A stretch of DNA of 64,000 nucleotides from an uncultured Acidobacteriota bacterium (GTDB lineage: Bacteria; Acidobacteriota; Terriglobia; Terriglobales; Acidobacteriaceae), in NCBI GenBank assembly GCA_963777415.1, contig CAVZQL010000009.1:122457-186456 (forward strand). The letters run 5' to 3'. A program made the translations under genes and the position numbers. A model generated the notes under the pieces. It saw nothing but the letters and a program-made list of their open reading frames with translations. It was not told where the DNA came from and did no database searches. Of the stretch, positions 1 through 8,591 are shown piece by piece. Numbering within the stretch: the first letter of the stretch is position 1; every line of letters starts with the position of its first letter.

Positions 1-620
1 TTGTAGTCATGGGTCATGGTTCCGCAACGCCCCTTCTTCAGCGGCAGGCCGGGTTGAGTGCGGTTCAAGGCCTGAATCTGGGTCTTCTCGTCGACGCATA
101 GAACGATCGCCCGTTCGGGTGGATTCAAGTACAACCCGACGACGTCGGTGAGTTTTTCCAGAAACCTTGGATCACGCGAGAGCTTGAAAGTCTTGCTGCG
201 ATGAGGCTTGAGATTGTGGCTCCGCAAGATGTTATTGACCGTCGACTTGCTCACGCCCTGAGCGGCCGCCAAGGTGCGACAACTCCAATGTGTGCTCCCT
301 TTGGGTCTCGATTGCAGGGTGGTGTCGATGACGGCCTTGACACGGTCCGGGCCGTAGGTCGGCTTGCGTCCGCGGCCCGGTGCGATCTCCCACAACCCCT
401 GTAAGCCTTCCCGCCTAAACCGGTCCCGCCAGAGTCGAACCGTTTTGCGATTGACTTTCAGTGCGACCGCGATCTCCAGCTCGGTTCTGCCGCTGCTCGC
501 GGCCAGCACGATACGGCACCGCAGCGCCACCTGCTGGGGTGTTCCCAGCGCTGCCAGCCATTGCTCGATTTGCTCTTGCTGATGTTGCGAAAGGGAAAGC
601 GGAGGCGAAGGTCGCGGCAT
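1..620 (-). CDS. IS630-family transposase, N-terminal ~206 codons (gene continues past the left edge)
   Basis: Own translation of the minus strand from ATG 620-618: MPRPSPPLSLSQHQQEQIEQWLAALGTPQQVALRCRIVLAASSGRTELEIAVALKVNRKTVRLWRDRFRREGLQGL...STHWSCRTLAAAQGVSKSTVNNILRSHNLKPHR...LNPPERAIVLCVDEKTQIQALNR. Paired HTH modules followed by the start of a DDE domain, as in IS630/Tc1-mariner transposases. Absent from the ORF track because it is open at the window edge. Confidence 0.85.
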   Translation of the reverse strand, partial: MPRPSPPLSLSQHQQEQIEQWLAALGTPQQVALRCRIVLAASSGRTELEIAVALKVNRKTVRLWRDRFRREGLQGLWEIAPGRGRKPTYGPDRVKAVIDTTLQSRPKGSTHWSCRTLAAAQGVSKSTVNNILRSHNLKPHRSKTFKLSRDPRFLEKLTDVVGLYLNPPERAIVLCVDEKTQIQALNRTQPGLPLKKGRCGTMTHDY

Positions 621-675
621 AACTAAGTATGCCGCAGTCCCTTTTATATGTCCATCTATTTGTTGGACACTACAC
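1..675 (-). mobile_element. IS630-family insertion sequence, one terminus only
   Basis: Contains the transposase ORF above. The end is placed by inference near 675 because IS630 elements insert at TA and a TA (676-677) follows ...GGACACTACAC. The other inverted repeat is outside the window, so the boundary is unconfirmed. Confidence 0.4.
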
Positions 676-1538
676 TAGCGCGTTGGATGAAGCTCGTCCA
701 TGCTCGGTTCTGGCTCAGCACGCGAGCAATAGTCGGACGAGAGGCGGCAATAAGACTACTCGGATCGCGCGCCCTTTGTGGGAGGGCGCCGGACGGCACC
801 GATGCTGCATATGATTTGATCTATCCCATTTATGACCCCGTGCTTGAAATGGTGCAACCGGACGAACGCCCCGTGTGCTTCCGTGCGATGGACTGGAAAT
901 TCTCAGACGGCGGTCGCGAACGGTGGCTGCGCGGCAGTGATGCAGAGAGTTGGAGCAACTACCCCGACATGATCAACGACTTCTGTATTGTCGGGGAAAG
1001 GACCTATCTCATCAGACCAGACTGGGAATGGCCCCGAGAGGAGCGCCTTCGGGGGCTATATGACGGAGATGCTACCCGGCTAGAGAAAACCTGCCTCGCT
1101 AGTGGGCACGAGCTTACGCACAGCATGTACCTGGCAGAAGCGTCCCAAGACGATGAGCAGCTGGTGATTTGCAATTCAGAGCGCCAACTGGTTGGCCCTA
1201 TGCATAGGTGGGCCGCAATCAATAGCAGGTTCGCTCGCTCTTTGGGATGGCGGCCTTCGCCGGCAGCACCCTTGGAATGGATTGATGCAGATGGAACGCC
1301 AATGGTCAAATCCGTATTCTGGCGCGATGGCTGGATTGGTCTGGAGCCGCCACACATGGAACCACTTGGGGAGGGTTGGATTGTGCTGGCCTCGAAATCT
1401 GCTGTTGATGTCATCAAAGACCGGCGTCCAAATTGCAAAGTGCACCTTTGGGTCGAACGTCATTCCCACGGGGACCATCCCTACGAACAGTTCTGGCATT
1501 TGAATGAGCACCTCTCCGAAAAGTTCACTAAGGATTGA
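648..1538 (+). CDS. hypothetical protein, first gene of a two-gene cassette; start uncertain (648, ATG 687 or ATG 849)
   Basis: ORF track, 296 aa. I recognise no motif. The first codons lie in the presumed IS630 terminus. The promoter-like site at 794-809 favours ATG 849 (MVQPDERP...). There is a 44-nt gap to the next ORF on the same strand. Confidence 0.5.
   Translation: MSIYLLDTTLARWMKLVHARFWLSTRAIVGREAAIRLLGSRALCGRAPDGTDAAYDLIYPIYDPVLEMVQPDERPVCFRAMDWKFSDGGRERWLRGSDAESWSNYPDMINDFCIVGERTYLIRPDWEWPREERLRGLYDGDATRLEKTCLASGHELTHSMYLAEASQDDEQLVICNSERQLVGPMHRWAAINSRFARSLGWRPSPAAPLEWIDADGTPMVKSVFWRDGWIGLEPPHMEPLGEGWIVLASKSAVDVIKDRRPNCKVHLWVERHSHGDHPYEQFWHLNEHLSEKFTKD
794..809 (+). promoter_or_regulatory. 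sigma-54-type promoter-like site upstream of ATG 849
   Basis: CGGCACCGATGCTGCA; GG and GC are 12 nt apart (GGCAC-N6-TGCA). Predicted start ~820. No upstream palindrome found. Confidence 0.35.
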
Positions 1539-1582
1539 GCGTTAAGTAAACACATGCCTCGTGTTGGGTTTCGACATGGGGC

Positions 1583-4500
1583 TTGACGAAGAGGCGATAC
1601 TACCATGTGATGGATCAGACAACCGTCAGCCCGATTCCAGCTCTGTCTTCACGCCTGCAGCCGTACGATGTCGGCTACACCCTAGGTTGTATAGGAGCAC
1701 TGCAGCTCGTTCCGCGAAACGCCGATCAGGCGATCAGGATTGAGGCACTTGCACATGCAGCGGCATGCGTCACGGCAATCGCCGGCAAACCTAATATTAG
1801 CGCCGGGCGCTTACGGCTGATTTGTGACTCTCCCGAATTGTCGAGTTACTCGTGGGCGGAAGATCCCTGCGACGAAATGTTTGTCGAGGAGATGTCATTC
1901 TTCGGTGGTTCCTACCGCGTGATGCCTGGCATCACGGAAGCCGCAACCTTCATCTTGCAGCATCTATCAAAGGCGATATTTCTCGGGTCTCGTGTATTCG
2001 CGCCCAGAGAATTCGTGCGCGAAGCCCGGCTTCTCTTGGGAACTGCTCTCATAATCAGTGAAGAGGTCTCTAGGCGAGCCGGGCTGGCGATCGGCACACT
2101 CCCGATTGCCGCGTATCGCGAGCCGATCGTAGTACCGGATTCAGCTACTTTGCAAAGGCTTCTCGCCGCCGTCACGTTTACGGAGCAAGACTTACGCGAG
2201 TTACTTTCGCGCGCCCGTATACCTGTAGATGTTATCAATACGTACGTCCTGAACAGCGGCAGCATTCGTCCGGAGCAATTCAGCCCCGACTCTGCTCCAT
2301 TACTGTCGCGGCCACTAGTGCGTGCTAATGACAATCTGATCGCGGTTTGTCCGTCTTCTTTGCTGGCCGCTGCTCGTCACGCACTTATCTTGCACGCACA
2401 GCGGCGTGGCGTTCTCGATCAGCTGTCAGAACGCTATAACGCTGCTGTTTGGGACACGCTCAAGACTTCTCTGTCGCATGTTCAGCATGAACCAGTTCCG
2501 TTTGCACCTCCACCGGGCCTGTCGTACGCAGGTTGGAGGGAAGGTCTCTTTCGTTTCGATACAGACAAGCTGATGTACACCATCTTGGTGACGGACCCGC
2601 TGACGGACTACTCTCCAGATGCGGTCTTCGGTAACTGGAGCGATCCCCAGCTGCACGAGGCATTACAGGGCAGGATTCTAGAGGTCGAGACGCAGATATA
2701 TGGCTCCCTACCTTGGGTTAATGAGGTGTTGTTCCTAGTCAGCATGCAAGGGGTCGGCCGCGCTGGCGTTCTTGGTTTCAGCGAGCTGCCGCGCTACTCC
2801 GAACTCCTTGCCGGTTCTGCAGCACACATAGAAACAATGACGCTGGCCGAAGGGGGCGAGCCCCTCGCCCTGTGGAAGTACGCGCAAGCGCGTCGCATAC
2901 TGCGGGATCGTGCGCGTGTAGTGGTTACTTCTGAGGTGGACGAGTTCCAAATGTACCGATCACACAAGCACTCGTTCTACTTCAGCGACGACGTGATGCC
3001 GAATCTGATCTTTATCCCGCCTGGCGAAGGCGGACCTCTGCGTCGAGACGTCGCCGAGAAGCGAGCGTGGCATACCGTGCCTGCCTACGACCGTGGCTAT
3101 TTCCGCAGAGTAACATCCTTGCATGATACGTCTCAAATTCCAATCTATGTTGCTTATCCCCCAGAGTCGAGGCGGGCGGTACTCCTCGAGGGTCTCCCTG
3201 CATACGTTTGGATCATTGCTCCACGCAACTTACCAGAGAACCATGCGTATTTATCCAAGCTCTATGCCCTCATTCTCGACGGCATTGCATATTGGCTATG
3301 GCAGTTCACCCCGTTTTTGCGGCACCGTCTGGAGCCGCTCGCGGGCGAGGTCGTTCGTCTCGATGTGGAATTGGTTCCTGACGCAAAATGGAACGCCGCG
3401 GGCACGGACGAGCAATACACCACTGACGAATTGGCCCAAGCAGTTAAGGTGTCGACTGATCCAGAATTGCGAACGATTTGCGTGAAAGTTACATCGGCCA
3501 TGACTGAGCTACTGGGCACGGCTGACAATCGTGGCGAACGAGAGTTAATGATCCCGATTGTTCGCGCGTTCAACGACATCGTTCCCGAGGAGCGACGTGC
3601 ACTCCTTACCGAAGGAGAACTAGAAATAGCGGCAGACATTTATGCTCCACTTGGACTCAAGAAGATGCTGCTGTTTCTTAAGTCCGAGAACACTCCTCAA
3701 CTTGATCGCCGGGACATCCCTCGCTATCGTCCTGGGCAAGAAGCTGATGTCAACGTTGTATTGGATAGACTCGGTGCACACCTACGTTCTACCCGGCCAG
3801 TCGGCCCAATACTGCCCGAGGAAACCAATGAGGTGATCAAGCACTCAGTTGCATTCTTCATGGCCGAGCTCGAAACCTTGGTCGCTTCACTCTCTCCCAA
3901 GGGGCTCCTTGAGTACTTGATCCGCCAGCATGAAGCGGTGAGCAGGGAGACCGCGTACTCTCGTCTCACACTCCCAACCAGAATCGCTTGCTACGGCTCC
4001 GTCTCCGACATTCGCAACAAGCTGCAAGAGGAGATTCCTGTTCTCTCGAATGCCGCTCTCGCAGGTCGGTTCCTAATTGAGTTTGTGACGGCTGTGCCGG
4101 CCCGAGGCTATCGCCAGATTTCGTTGTCGTGTTTCGATGAGATGCGCGCGCTGGCCTCACACATAGTGAACGACGGGATGTTAAGTGACCTGGTTCACTT
4201 TGAACTCGCAAAGATGAAACTCTCAATCCTCCCCTCTGGACGACTTGGAATTGATGCAGATGAATACAGGTCTGCGATGGACAGCTATTTGGGTGCGTTC
4301 GCGGCCGAGGAAGTGATCAGAAGCCCGCAAAGTTTCTCACTGTCTTGGCGAGACCGATCTGAGAACAAGAGAACAAATTACCTTAACGCACTTGATGCAG
4401 CGACATCTGCGGAATTTGGCACCTCGATTAGCGAACTGTTGGGATTTCTCACCGCGGTAATGAACATCGGATATCAGATCGGACCCGGTGTGTCCGTATT

Positions 4501-5329
4501 GCGCTTCGAAGATCTAATTGCGGAGCTGCGCAGCCAGACTGGGTTTCCCGAGTCGAACGTCAAGCAATACATCGAGCTGTTTTCGCTTGGCCCGCGTACT
4601 CGGTTCTATGACGTGACTCCACCGCACCGCACTGAAGATGTATATCCTTGGCGATTCAATCGTGAGCTGTCGTACCTGAGGCGACCATTGATACGTCGTC
4701 GTCAGATGGATATCGATGAGGTACTTTGGGGTAACAGGCACGTCGAGGATTCAAAGAAGTACCTCTTTCAACTCTGTACATCTGGTCATCTGCGCCCGAG
4801 AACGCCCGAAATGCGTAGGTTTTCCGGAGATACTCATGACCGCCAAGGCGATGCGTTCAATCATGCAGTGGCAGAGTTCTTCCGTTCGCTACCAGGGATG
4901 GGTGTTTGGCCGAAGTTCAAGAAGTTGAAAACACCACATGGCACGTTACGAGCACCGGGCGATATTGACGTGCTTGCTGCTGACCCCAAGCGCGCGTCGA
5001 TATACCCTGTCGAATGCAAGAGCCTGTCTGCTGCCCGCACTCCTTTTGAGCTCGCAACCGAGATGGAGCAACTGCTGGATGGCACGGGAACGCAACGATC
5101 TATGGTCCAGAAGCACATTCTCCGGGTAGAGTGGTGCCAAGAGCACCTACACGAGCTTCTTGGTGTACTGAATCTCGACAGGTCGTTGCGGTGGAAAATC
5201 GTCCCCTATATTGTCGTCGATCAACCTATGGTGACAGTGCATATGAGAAGAAGTCCAATTCCGATTCTCACGTTCAGTGAAATCAAGGAGAGAATGCAGC
5301 AACTTTCAGAGCAGCGTCTGCGTTCATGA
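1583..5329 (+). CDS. large uncharacterised protein (1248 aa) with C-terminal PD-(D/E)xK nuclease-like motif
   Basis: ORF track; TTG at 1583, first ATG at 1610. The C-terminus reads ...AFNHAVAEFF...GDIDVLAADPKRASIYPVECKS... (nt 4958-5020). This fits the D-x(n)-E-x-K core of restriction-endonuclease-fold/NERD-like domains. No Walker A, DEAD/DExH or other familiar motif seen in the first ~1100 residues. Confidence 0.75.
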   Translation: MTKRRYYHVMDQTTVSPIPALSSRLQPYDVGYTLGCIGALQLVPRNADQAIRIEALAHAAACVTAIAGKPNISAGRLRLICDSPELSSYSWAEDPCDEMFVEEMSFFGGSYRVMPGITEAATFILQHLSKAIFLGSRVFAPREFVREARLLLGTALIISEEVSRRAGLAIGTLPIAAYREPIVVPDSATLQRLLAAVTFTEQDLRELLSRARIPVDVINTYVLNSGSIRPEQFSPDSAPLLSRPLVRANDNLIAVCPSSLLAAARHALILHAQRRGVLDQLSERYNAAVWDTLKTSLSHVQHEPVPFAPPPGLSYAGWREGLFRFDTDKLMYTILVTDPLTDYSPDAVFGNWSDPQLHEALQGRILEVETQIYGSLPWVNEVLFLVSMQGVGRAGVLGFSELPRYSELLAGSAAHIETMTLAEGGEPLALWKYAQARRILRDRARVVVTSEVDEFQMYRSHKHSFYFSDDVMPNLIFIPPGEGGPLRRDVAEKRAWHTVPAYDRGYFRRVTSLHDTSQIPIYVAYPPESRRAVLLEGLPAYVWIIAPRNLPENHAYLSKLYALILDGIAYWLWQFTPFLRHRLEPLAGEVVRLDVELVPDAKWNAAGTDEQYTTDELAQAVKVSTDPELRTICVKVTSAMTELLGTADNRGERELMIPIVRAFNDIVPEERRALLTEGELEIAADIYAPLGLKKMLLFLKSENTPQLDRRDIPRYRPGQEADVNVVLDRLGAHLRSTRPVGPILPEETNEVIKHSVAFFMAELETLVASLSPKGLLEYLIRQHEAVSRETAYSRLTLPTRIACYGSVSDIRNKLQEEIPVLSNAALAGRFLIEFVTAVPARGYRQISLSCFDEMRALASHIVNDGMLSDLVHFELAKMKLSILPSGRLGIDADEYRSAMDSYLGAFAAEEVIRSPQSFSLSWRDRSENKRTNYLNALDAATSAEFGTSISELLGFLTAVMNIGYQIGPGVSVLRFEDLIAELRSQTGFPESNVKQYIELFSLGPRTRFYDVTPPHRTEDVYPWRFNRELSYLRRPLIRRRQMDIDEVLWGNRHVEDSKKYLFQLCTSGHLRPRTPEMRRFSGDTHDRQGDAFNHAVAEFFRSLPGMGVWPKFKKLKTPHGTLRAPGDIDVLAADPKRASIYPVECKSLSAARTPFELATEMEQLLDGTGTQRSMVQKHILRVEWCQEHLHELLGVLNLDRSLRWKIVPYIVVDQPMVTVHMRRSPIPILTFSEIKERMQQLSEQRLRS

Positions 5330-5729
5330 ACCCATAGGTTTGTGACAATGTCAGGCCACCCTTGCCAATGGTCTGTTTTCAACAACTTGCCACGGTGTCT
5401 TCAGGCACGCTTCATGGCCGAAAGCGTCATCGGGGCACTGCAAGATGCTGTTCCGGTCAAGGGCGTGTCGGGTTGATTACCACAGAGTAACTGACGTGTA
5501 GCCCGTTATCCGTCCGGGACATAAAAGTCAATCTGCCGCTCGCAGCGGATCGAACGCTGCAGAAAATCGGCGCGTGCAAGGCCCGCCGGGCGCATCCCGA
5601 GAAAGCGGCGCTCGGATCACGCTACACCGGGCAAGCGCCTCTTCATTTCCACTCCGCTTCAATTCTGTCAGAAGCACTTCCGTCGGTACGCAGCGTCAGA
5701 CGCAAGCGAAGTCGTGATTGAAGGTCGAA

Positions 5730-5747
5730 CCGACCGCCAGTGGGCAG
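5730..5747. promoter_or_regulatory. possible enhancer (UAS) palindrome, weak left half
   Basis: CCGACC-GCCAGT-GGGCAG, 10/12 to CTGCCC-N6-GGGCAG, centred 113 bp upstream of the GG at 5851. Confidence 0.25.
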
Positions 5748-5849
5748 TATGTCCATATACCGGCATCACGATATTAATGCGAAGAACAGGCGCCGCTTGT
5801 AAGCCTCGCTACTGCCGCACCTTGCATGATTCTCTTCCTTTGTTTCATG

Positions 5850-5865
5850 TGGCACATTCCGTGCA
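5850..5865 (+). promoter_or_regulatory. sigma-54-type promoter upstream of the TetR/DksA genes
   Basis: TGGCACATTCCGTGCA (TGGCAC-N5-GTGCA). Predicted start ~5876, leader ~100-160 nt. Confidence 0.6.
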
Positions 5866-5972
5866 ACTACAGAAGATGGGCAGACTGCGGGGTTCCGCAT
5901 TGACTGCCCTGCGATGCAAGCAAATGGCTGACACGGGGCGAAAAGCTTCCGACGGCCACATGAGGCGAATGA

Positions 5973-6695
5973 TTGAAGAACGCCAGCACCCCGACAACGA
6001 AGCGACGACCACCGGCAAGGCTCCACTGTACGCCGGTGCGGAGCAATAGTGCCGATGTAATCCTGTCTGCGGCCAAAGAGCTATTTGCGTCGAAGGGATT
6101 TCAGCAGACATCTATTCGCGACATTTGCAGTGCCGCAGGAATTACCCGACCGGTTCTGTACTACTTTTATAAAAACAAAATAGGTCTGTTTCGGGCCGTG
6201 ATGGATAAAGCTCGCCAGCACTTCGCCGAGTACTTTGTTTCGGCAGCCCAAGAGCACCCGCACTTCCGTCAGCAATGTGTTCACCTCACGAGACTGCTCT
6301 TCCATGACGCAGTGAAGAACCCACAGATGTGGCGATTGATGTTACTTAGCGTGTGGTTCGGGGCCACGCCAGCCTGCGATGAACTGCGTGAGTTGCGCGA
6401 AAACATGGTCGGGGTATTGATGCCCGAAAGCAGAAACTTCAGCTCTAGAAACTGCGATCCGCGTGTCAAGGCGGCAGCTTATGCCTATGCCGGCAGCGTG
6501 TCGCTCATGATAGCCAGATATCTGAACACTGGCGAGCCCGACATTTCAAACGTCCAAGCCGAGAGCCTGGTTGCTTCGCTGTTTGACGGGTGCGCAGGTT
6601 TCGCAGCTGGACATGGCTCCTCCTCCACGTCAACAGACAACAAAGGCCAACTCGGCAAGGTTCGCCCCGCTAAGAAAGGACGTCCTCGGCGATAA
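5973..6695 (+). CDS. TetR/AcrR family transcriptional regulator (start may be GTG 6036)
   Basis: N-terminal HTH signature ILSAAKELFASKGFQQTSIRDICSAAGITRPVLYYFYKNKIGLF. Track start 5973 is TTG. GTG at 6036 lies ~10 codons before the HTH, as is usual for TetR proteins. Confidence 0.85.
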   Translation: MKNASTPTTKRRPPARLHCTPVRSNSADVILSAAKELFASKGFQQTSIRDICSAAGITRPVLYYFYKNKIGLFRAVMDKARQHFAEYFVSAAQEHPHFRQQCVHLTRLLFHDAVKNPQMWRLMLLSVWFGATPACDELRELRENMVGVLMPESRNFSSRNCDPRVKAAAYAYAGSVSLMIARYLNTGEPDISNVQAESLVASLFDGCAGFAAGHGSSSTSTDNKGQLGKVRPAKKGRPRR

Positions 6696-6712
6696 CGCCA
6701 ATCGAGGCACTT

Positions 6713-7129
6713 ATGAACAGACGAACTAGCAACATGACCCGATCCCTGCAACACGAGCATTTGCGTGACAGGCTGCGTCACGAAGGCGCTCATCTGCGCA
6801 GTGCATTGAGCGAGGCAGAAGCTCGCTTGAGACAACTGAATGCAACCGATGTGTCGCAGGCAGACGAAACACTGACCAACTGCGATTTGGAATACCTGAC
6901 CAACGCCTACAACCGGCAACGAGAACGGCTCCAGTCGATAGTAGAAAGCCTGGAGCGAATCGAAGAGGGAACGTTCGGCCTGTGTGTCGGCTGCGATGAG
7001 CCGATCGGGGAGAAGCGACTCAAAGCTATGCCGTCGGCCAGATTCTGCATTTCCTGCCAGGAAGAACTGGAGCAGGGTGCGCGCTACCCGGTCGCGTCGG
7101 GAAATGCGTTACTGTCCAGAACATTTTAG
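6713..7129 (+). CDS. DksA/TraR family C4-type zinc-finger protein
   Basis: C-terminal CVGCDEPIGEKRLKAMPSARFCISC (CxxC-N17-CxxC) preceded by a coiled-coil region, the DksA/TraR architecture. Confidence 0.8.
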   Translation: MNRRTSNMTRSLQHEHLRDRLRHEGAHLRSALSEAEARLRQLNATDVSQADETLTNCDLEYLTNAYNRQRERLQSIVESLERIEEGTFGLCVGCDEPIGEKRLKAMPSARFCISCQEELEQGARYPVASGNALLSRTF

Positions 7130-7157
7130 TGCTCGCATCTGTTGCGGAGTTGTAAAG

Positions 7158-7661
7158 ATGGACGCTTTCTTGATCAGCATTCTTCTGTCGGGCGTGGCGA
7201 TGGTTTTATGTCTCTTCTTCAGCGAGCGGATTCGTCCCAGCCCCTCATCATCGTTGCGCGATTTCAGCCGCGCGTCGAGAGAGCTTGAGGGGGTGCTCGA
7301 AGTGATGCTGCCGTTGCCGCACCCGGCCGATGCGCTTCAGCCCGACCAGGCGCTCATTTGGAGTACTCAGATTCCGGCACTTCGATTCGTTAGCGACCGC
7401 GAACCACGAGGTGCTTATTACACGCCATTAAGACTCATATACATCGAGTCTGCGCGCCGCTATCCCGAAATCTACGACGGTTGCACTTTTCAGAACTGGG
7501 TGGAGTTTTACGTCCGCCGGGGGCTGCTTCACTTTGAAGATGATGCGATACATATCACAGCCGCCGGCCGTGAACTGCTTGGGATGTTGGAACGCAGCAC
7601 ACCGAGTGAGTCTGCGGCGCAGGCGCATCTCGGAACCCGGCCGAATACACGCCTTCGCTGA
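7158..7661 (+). CDS. hypothetical membrane-anchored protein
   Basis: Internal ATG of track ORF 6984-7661. MDAFLISILLSGVAMVLCLFF is a single N-terminal TM helix. The upstream part of the track ORF overlaps the DksA-like gene out of frame. Confidence 0.5.
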   Translation: MDAFLISILLSGVAMVLCLFFSERIRPSPSSSLRDFSRASRELEGVLEVMLPLPHPADALQPDQALIWSTQIPALRFVSDREPRGAYYTPLRLIYIESARRYPEIYDGCTFQNWVEFYVRRGLLHFEDDAIHITAAGRELLGMLERSTPSESAAQAHLGTRPNTRLR

Positions 7662-7700
7662 CCTTTTTCACTCTTCACTTGCGTTCTTGCCATCCATGCG

Positions 7701-7718
7701 GTGCCCCAACATGGGCAT
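7701..7718. promoter_or_regulatory. putative enhancer (UAS) palindrome
   Basis: GTGCCC-CAACAT-GGGCAT (10/12), 90 bp upstream of the GG at 7799. Confidence 0.6.
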
Positions 7719-7797
7719 CCGCCCTGCGACGGGCGCAGGTTGCGAGCACAGCGTTGTACAAACGTCTGCGTTGGAATGAGTTACGGGAAGAGGCGAG

Positions 7798-7813
7798 TGG
7801 CAGAGCGTATGCA
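7798..7813 (+). promoter_or_regulatory. sigma-54-type promoter of the Spy/CpxP-like gene
   Basis: TGGCAGAGCGTATGCA. Palindrome GTGCCC-CAACAT-GGGCAT is centred 90 bp upstream of the GG. Confidence 0.7.
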
Positions 7814-7901
7814 CACCATTGTCAGGGATCAGTTACGCACCTGTGGTCGCGGTCACGGGCGGGCGTGCCGACCAGGAGTTTTGAGAAAGAGAGTAGCTCA
7901 T

Positions 7902-8480
7902 ATGAAGCGCTGGATAGTTAGTTTGTTCTTGATCGTTGTTGCAGGTTCAGTGGCGGCAGGGGCACGGGACCATGCCGGTAAGGGTATTTCGAACACGGTG
8001 GTCGCGACCGATGCGGAGAGTGCAGTGGTTCCTAATCTCCCGCCGGCCTCCGCTGAAACAGAGCGCAAGCTACAGGACACACAGGAAAATGCGGAGATGC
8101 AGGTGGATAACGCCCTGGCGATCGTTGTACCGCTTCCACCATTTCCAGCCGATGCCGATGAGCAATTGGTGCAGGATCTCGGACTGAGTCCGGCCCAGAT
8201 CACGGCAATGAAGGCACAAGTGGAAGAGGAGCGCAGGAAGTCGCAGCCGCTGATCGAGGACATCACCAGGATCGAGCGTCGCCTTGTCGCCATCACGCTG
8301 AACGGGAAGTTCGACGAGAAAGAGGTCCGGGAACTCGCAGAGAACGAAGCACACATACTGCAGGAGCTCATCATCTGTAATGTCCGACTCGAGACGGAAC
8401 TCTATAAAATGCTTACCGATCCGCAGCGCCGGCGGATTGATGAACTTCGTGTACAGGCGATAGTTTCGGGCAGGCAGTAG
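7902..8480 (+). CDS. Spy/CpxP-family periplasmic chaperone-like protein (LTxxQ motif)
   Basis: Signal peptide MKRWIVSLFLIVVAGSVAAGA; helical E/Q/R-rich body with LTDPQRRRIDEL. The promoter-like site at 7798-7813 lies inside the longer 259-aa track ORF, so the start is moved to ATG 7902. Confidence 0.65.
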   Translation: MKRWIVSLFLIVVAGSVAAGARDHAGKGISNTVVATDAESAVVPNLPPASAETERKLQDTQENAEMQVDNALAIVVPLPPFPADADEQLVQDLGLSPAQITAMKAQVEEERRKSQPLIEDITRIERRLVAITLNGKFDEKEVRELAENEAHILQELIICNVRLETELYKMLTDPQRRRIDELRVQAIVSGRQ

Positions 8481-8524
8481 TGCCACTCGGCGTGGTTTAT
8501 GTTCTTCGGGGTACAGGACGAGAA

Positions 8525-8552
8525 GGCACGCGGGTACTTACATCTGCGTGCC
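8525..8552. terminator. possible hairpin between convergent Spy-like and activator genes
   Basis: GGCACGC-N14-GCGTGCC. Poor T-tract (CCTTTCC), so the call is weak. Confidence 0.3.
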
Positions 8553-8591
8553 CCTTTCCGAAAGAGTTTGCATAGCCGGTGCGGCGCGGAG

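Noticed and set aside
5542-5560. Hairpin GCAGCG-GATCGAA-CGCTGC. On the minus strand it reads like a tRNA T-arm (loop TTCGATC), suggesting a tRNA or an att-site remnant beside the cassette.
   Set aside because: No complementary acceptor stem, D-arm or anticodon arm can be built from the flanking ~80 nt, so there is no tRNA gene. A tRNA-fragment att site cannot be shown without the intact tRNA for comparison.
5714-6111. Three mutually overlapping ORFs (5714-6049 +, 5766-6026 -, 5845-6111 -).
   Set aside because: They overlap each other and the TetR start, carry no motifs, and the region is better explained as promoter and leader DNA.
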